A stretch of 63,665 bases of DNA, the filler included, from Hyphochytrium catenoides (lineage: Eukaryota > Protista > Hyphochytriomycota): assembly GCA_900088475.1 (NCBI GenBank). It is 10 parts of 10 records of this genome, joined end to end, with 100 filler letters (N's around TTAATTAATTAA, not from the genome) between each part and the next. Parts side by side here need not be neighbours in the genome. Positions count along the whole stretch, not along the records: positions 57,668 to 60,915 come from FLMG01002273.1; positions 61,016 to 62,437 come from FLMG01000079.1; positions 62,538 to 63,665 come from FLMG01002752.1; 7 more parts are not named here. One strand, 5' to 3'. Below the pieces are notes generated by a model. The model did no database searches. It saw only the letters and a program-made list of their open reading frames with translations, and was not told the DNA's origin. Each line of letters starts with the position of its first letter. Position 1 is the first letter of the stretch. Positions 60,909 to 63,665 of the stretch are shown piece after piece. The position numbers and the translations under genes were made by a program.

Positions 60909-62537
60909 CTCTCTCNNNNNNNNNNNNNNNNNNNNNNNNNNNNNNNNNNNNNNNNNNNNTTAATTAATTAANNNNNNNNNNNNNNNNNNNNNNNNNNNNN
61001 NNNNNNNNNNNNNNNTTCCCTTTGTTCTCTCTCTGTCTGTCTATTGCTCATGTCTTATATTTCTTTCTTTCTCTGTCTCTTTTTCATCTCTCTTTCAGTC
61101 TTTTCCCTCTCTTCCACTGTCTTTTCTGTCCCTTCTCCATTCACCTCCAGCAGGATTCTCTTCCATCAGTTCGTTTTATCTCTCTCGAGTCTGTCTATCT
61201 TTGGCACTGTCAGAAGTGGGGCCATTAAGCATCTCCTCCCTTCTCTGACTCCCCCTGCCACTCTCTCTGTCTCTCCAGATTGTCTGCTCCAAGCGAGGTG
61301 CAGAGTGATATTGAGGGAGGGTCTAAGAGAGAGAGAGGGAGGGAGACAAGAAAGCCTAGAACGTACAGGACATGAGGGAGGAGGAACAAGCGACACATCT
61401 AGACAAGGTCATAGAGAACTGACTCGTAAGAGACAGAGTGAGTGGGAGTTATACTCAACTAGGTTGAATAGCTTGATACAGCGAGGAAGAGGTGCCAGGA
61501 GAGAGGCGAAAGGGAAGAGACAGAGTCACCAGCCTTGTCACTCATGTGCCTCTGATCCAGCGCTTCTCCTCCCCCCTCCCCTGACAGGCTCACTATTACT
61601 AGCGGCATATCCCTTATTACAAACAACGCAGGCGTATTACTACTGCGCTGTAAGGAGGAAACGGTTCCCATTGGAGCTTCAGCAGCACCTGGGAATGTCC
61701 AGGCAATAGGCGGGTGGGTGAGGGCGGGTAGGCAGGCGGGCGTGTGAGGATGGCGGCCCAAGGTCCGTCCGCCCTCTCACTACCCGCCCTGCCCTCTCTC
61801 CTTCCTCCCAACAGCTAGGCAGCATCCCTGATCTGCACACCGCATGGCTAGAAGACCCACCAGACCTCAACTTTTGGCCACCGACAAGGCCCAATCCCAT
61901 TCATTTCACAAGTCAATTACCGCAGGTTTCCTGAAGTGGCAGAATGCTTCAGGAAACCTGGAAGGGCCTTTGTAACTCTCAGATATATGCACGCTTTTAT
62001 TTCGAATCTCCAACTTACAGAAACACAAAACTACTTTTACACGTGCTACGCACACATATCCACTGCAGGCAGCTACTCGTAGGAGTTTTAGAAATCTCAG
62101 TTCCCAAGTTATCGCTCTCGATAGCCAATAATAGATTAACTAGCCAATGCTTAGATCAGTTATCAGTCATTAGTCATCAGTGGCAGGCAGTAAGGACTAT
62201 AAATAAAAGTGGGTTGAGTGCTTTCCTCGTCAAAAATAACGGACATCTCTGTGTCGAGCAGGGTATACGGTCTGGGTCACAGGGTTGGCAGGGAGAGGAA
62301 TTCTCTAGAGTAAAATTACCTTAATTTTTGAGGTTAATTCTCGGAGTTGAAGAGAGATATGAAATATGCACTACTCAAACGAAGAGAAACAAGAGAGACA
62401 AGTAGTAGGCCAGAAGACAGGGAGGAGAAAGAAAAAGNNNNNNNNNNNNNNNNNNNNNNNNNNNNNNNNNNNNNNNNNNNNTTAATTAATTAANNNNNNN
62501 NNNNNNNNNNNNNNNNNNNNNNNNNNNNNNNNNNNNN

Positions 62538-63665
62538 GAAGCTTCTTATCAACTCATCTACCCGTTCCACATCAGTGAAGGGCACAGCAAGTGCCGCCGC
62601 GACCACCAGAGCGCCCAAAAGATATCTCTTGACTGCCATTCTTTTAACAAAGGCAGAAGTCTGCTACTACCTCTTCTGCGAATGAGCACTTAGTAGTGAC
62701 GTTATCTATACTAGAGTCAGAAGCGATTTTTCGAGGGTTCACTCCAGCTTCGTCATATCAAAGAGGATGGACACGGAGACCTTGGAAGGGCTAGATGTAT
62801 GGGTTCAGAATTCCCCGCGTTTTGTTAACGACCTTCAAGAGAAGTTCTCTCGAGATGAAGAGACCTCATCCTAAAGGCTAGTGCTGGCATTATGAGGGAC
62901 GAGCTCATCAAAAAATATCCCACTCGATACGATATACCATCAGAGTTTGAGATCAAACAAGAGATCCAGAAGATATTCGCGACAAGAAAAACGGAAGACC
63001 CAGAAAGAAGAGAGGGGTCATCAGCAAGTAAAGAATCAAGAAAGGTCACGTAATCGGGGCTTAGTCTGCTTCTCTTACTTGCAGATGGCATCTCCTCAGT
63101 AGAAGCTTCCTCTACTTGGATCTGGGTCTTCGGTTCTCTAGTCGCGAATATCTTCTGGATCTCTTGTTTGGTCTCAAACTCTGATGTATATCGTATCAAG
63201 TGGGATACTTTTTGATGAGCTCTAGAAGTCTAGAAGTGATTTCCCGTCCTGGGTCTCGGTGTGGATGAATCGTCCGATTTTTAGTTTATGCTGCAATGGA
63301 AAGGATGGGAATGAGGGCGGCGAGCACAGACTTCGACAAACAGATGACCAGCCTCTTTGTTACTACCAAGAAATCTTTTTTTAGTACGGTTAGTTGAGGA
63401 CACTCCTCATCGTGCAATCTTGATATCACGGACGTACACATATGACTTTACTAGTTAGCTCAGGTCGAAGTAGGGACTATTGACACGACCGCGCAACTAG
63501 GCAGCAACAGCACAATCTAAAAAAGACTGAGTGCATCCGGGAGTAAGATGAGTCATAGCTTCGAAGGGTTTGCCTCTTCCGCCAGAAGGGGGCGACCTGG
63601 AGTTAGATATCTTGTGAGGCTGTCAGTGTTTTGGTAAGCACTACCATATTCTGTTGAGGGTCTTC
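62538..63665. mobile_element. Two convergent decayed copies of a DNA-transposase gene (probably Sola3-like)
   Basis: Plus strand: GWTRRPWKG*MYG...AGIMRDELIKKYPTRYDIPSEFEIKQEIQKIF. Minus strand: IGRFIHTETQDGKSLLD fused to ELIKKYPT. The family assignment comes from recalled motifs. Confidence 0.55.
62901..63222. repeat. Inverted repeat, ~103-bp arms (62901-63004 / 63121-63222), 116-bp spacer
   Basis: gagctcatcaaaaaatatcccact...gaagacccaga matches the reverse complement of tctgggtcttc...gtgggatactttttgatgagctc. Confidence 0.9.

Noticed and set aside
61688-61900. RNase P/MRP or SRP RNA (GGGAATGTCC resembles the P4 5' strand)
   Set aside because: I found no convincing complementary 3' P4 strand or SRP motifs.

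Overview
Eukaryotic, intron-rich genomic DNA with CT/GA-microsatellite introns and GT-AG splicing. The gene content looks stramenopile/oomycete-like, which is an inference. The window is a pseudo-scaffold of about 10 contigs joined by artificial N-TTAATTAATTAA-N linkers, so adjacency across linkers has no biological meaning. Recognisable host genes: argininosuccinate lyase (5' part), a myristoylated CaMK, an HVA22/REEP protein, a PIG3-type quinone oxidoreductase, a TBC+EF-hand RabGAP, an MFS transporter, a CKAP2-like protein, an RNI-type LRR protein, a STE20/GCK-III kinase, an LCCL-NHL-EGF protein, a C2+EF-hand protein and eEF1B. The standout structure spans 3357-18195: two diverged, inverted, outward-facing ~2.45 kb copies of a decayed Polinton/Maverick-type DDE integrase segment. 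They flank ~10 kb that carries a divergently transcribed pair of intact membrane genes, a 7TM-RGS receptor and an intronless 1283-aa multi-pass protein. The layout resembles a composite transposon or a Polinton-derived cargo island, but its ends and mobility are unproven. The last contig holds a fold-back of two decayed copies of a probable Sola3-like transposase.
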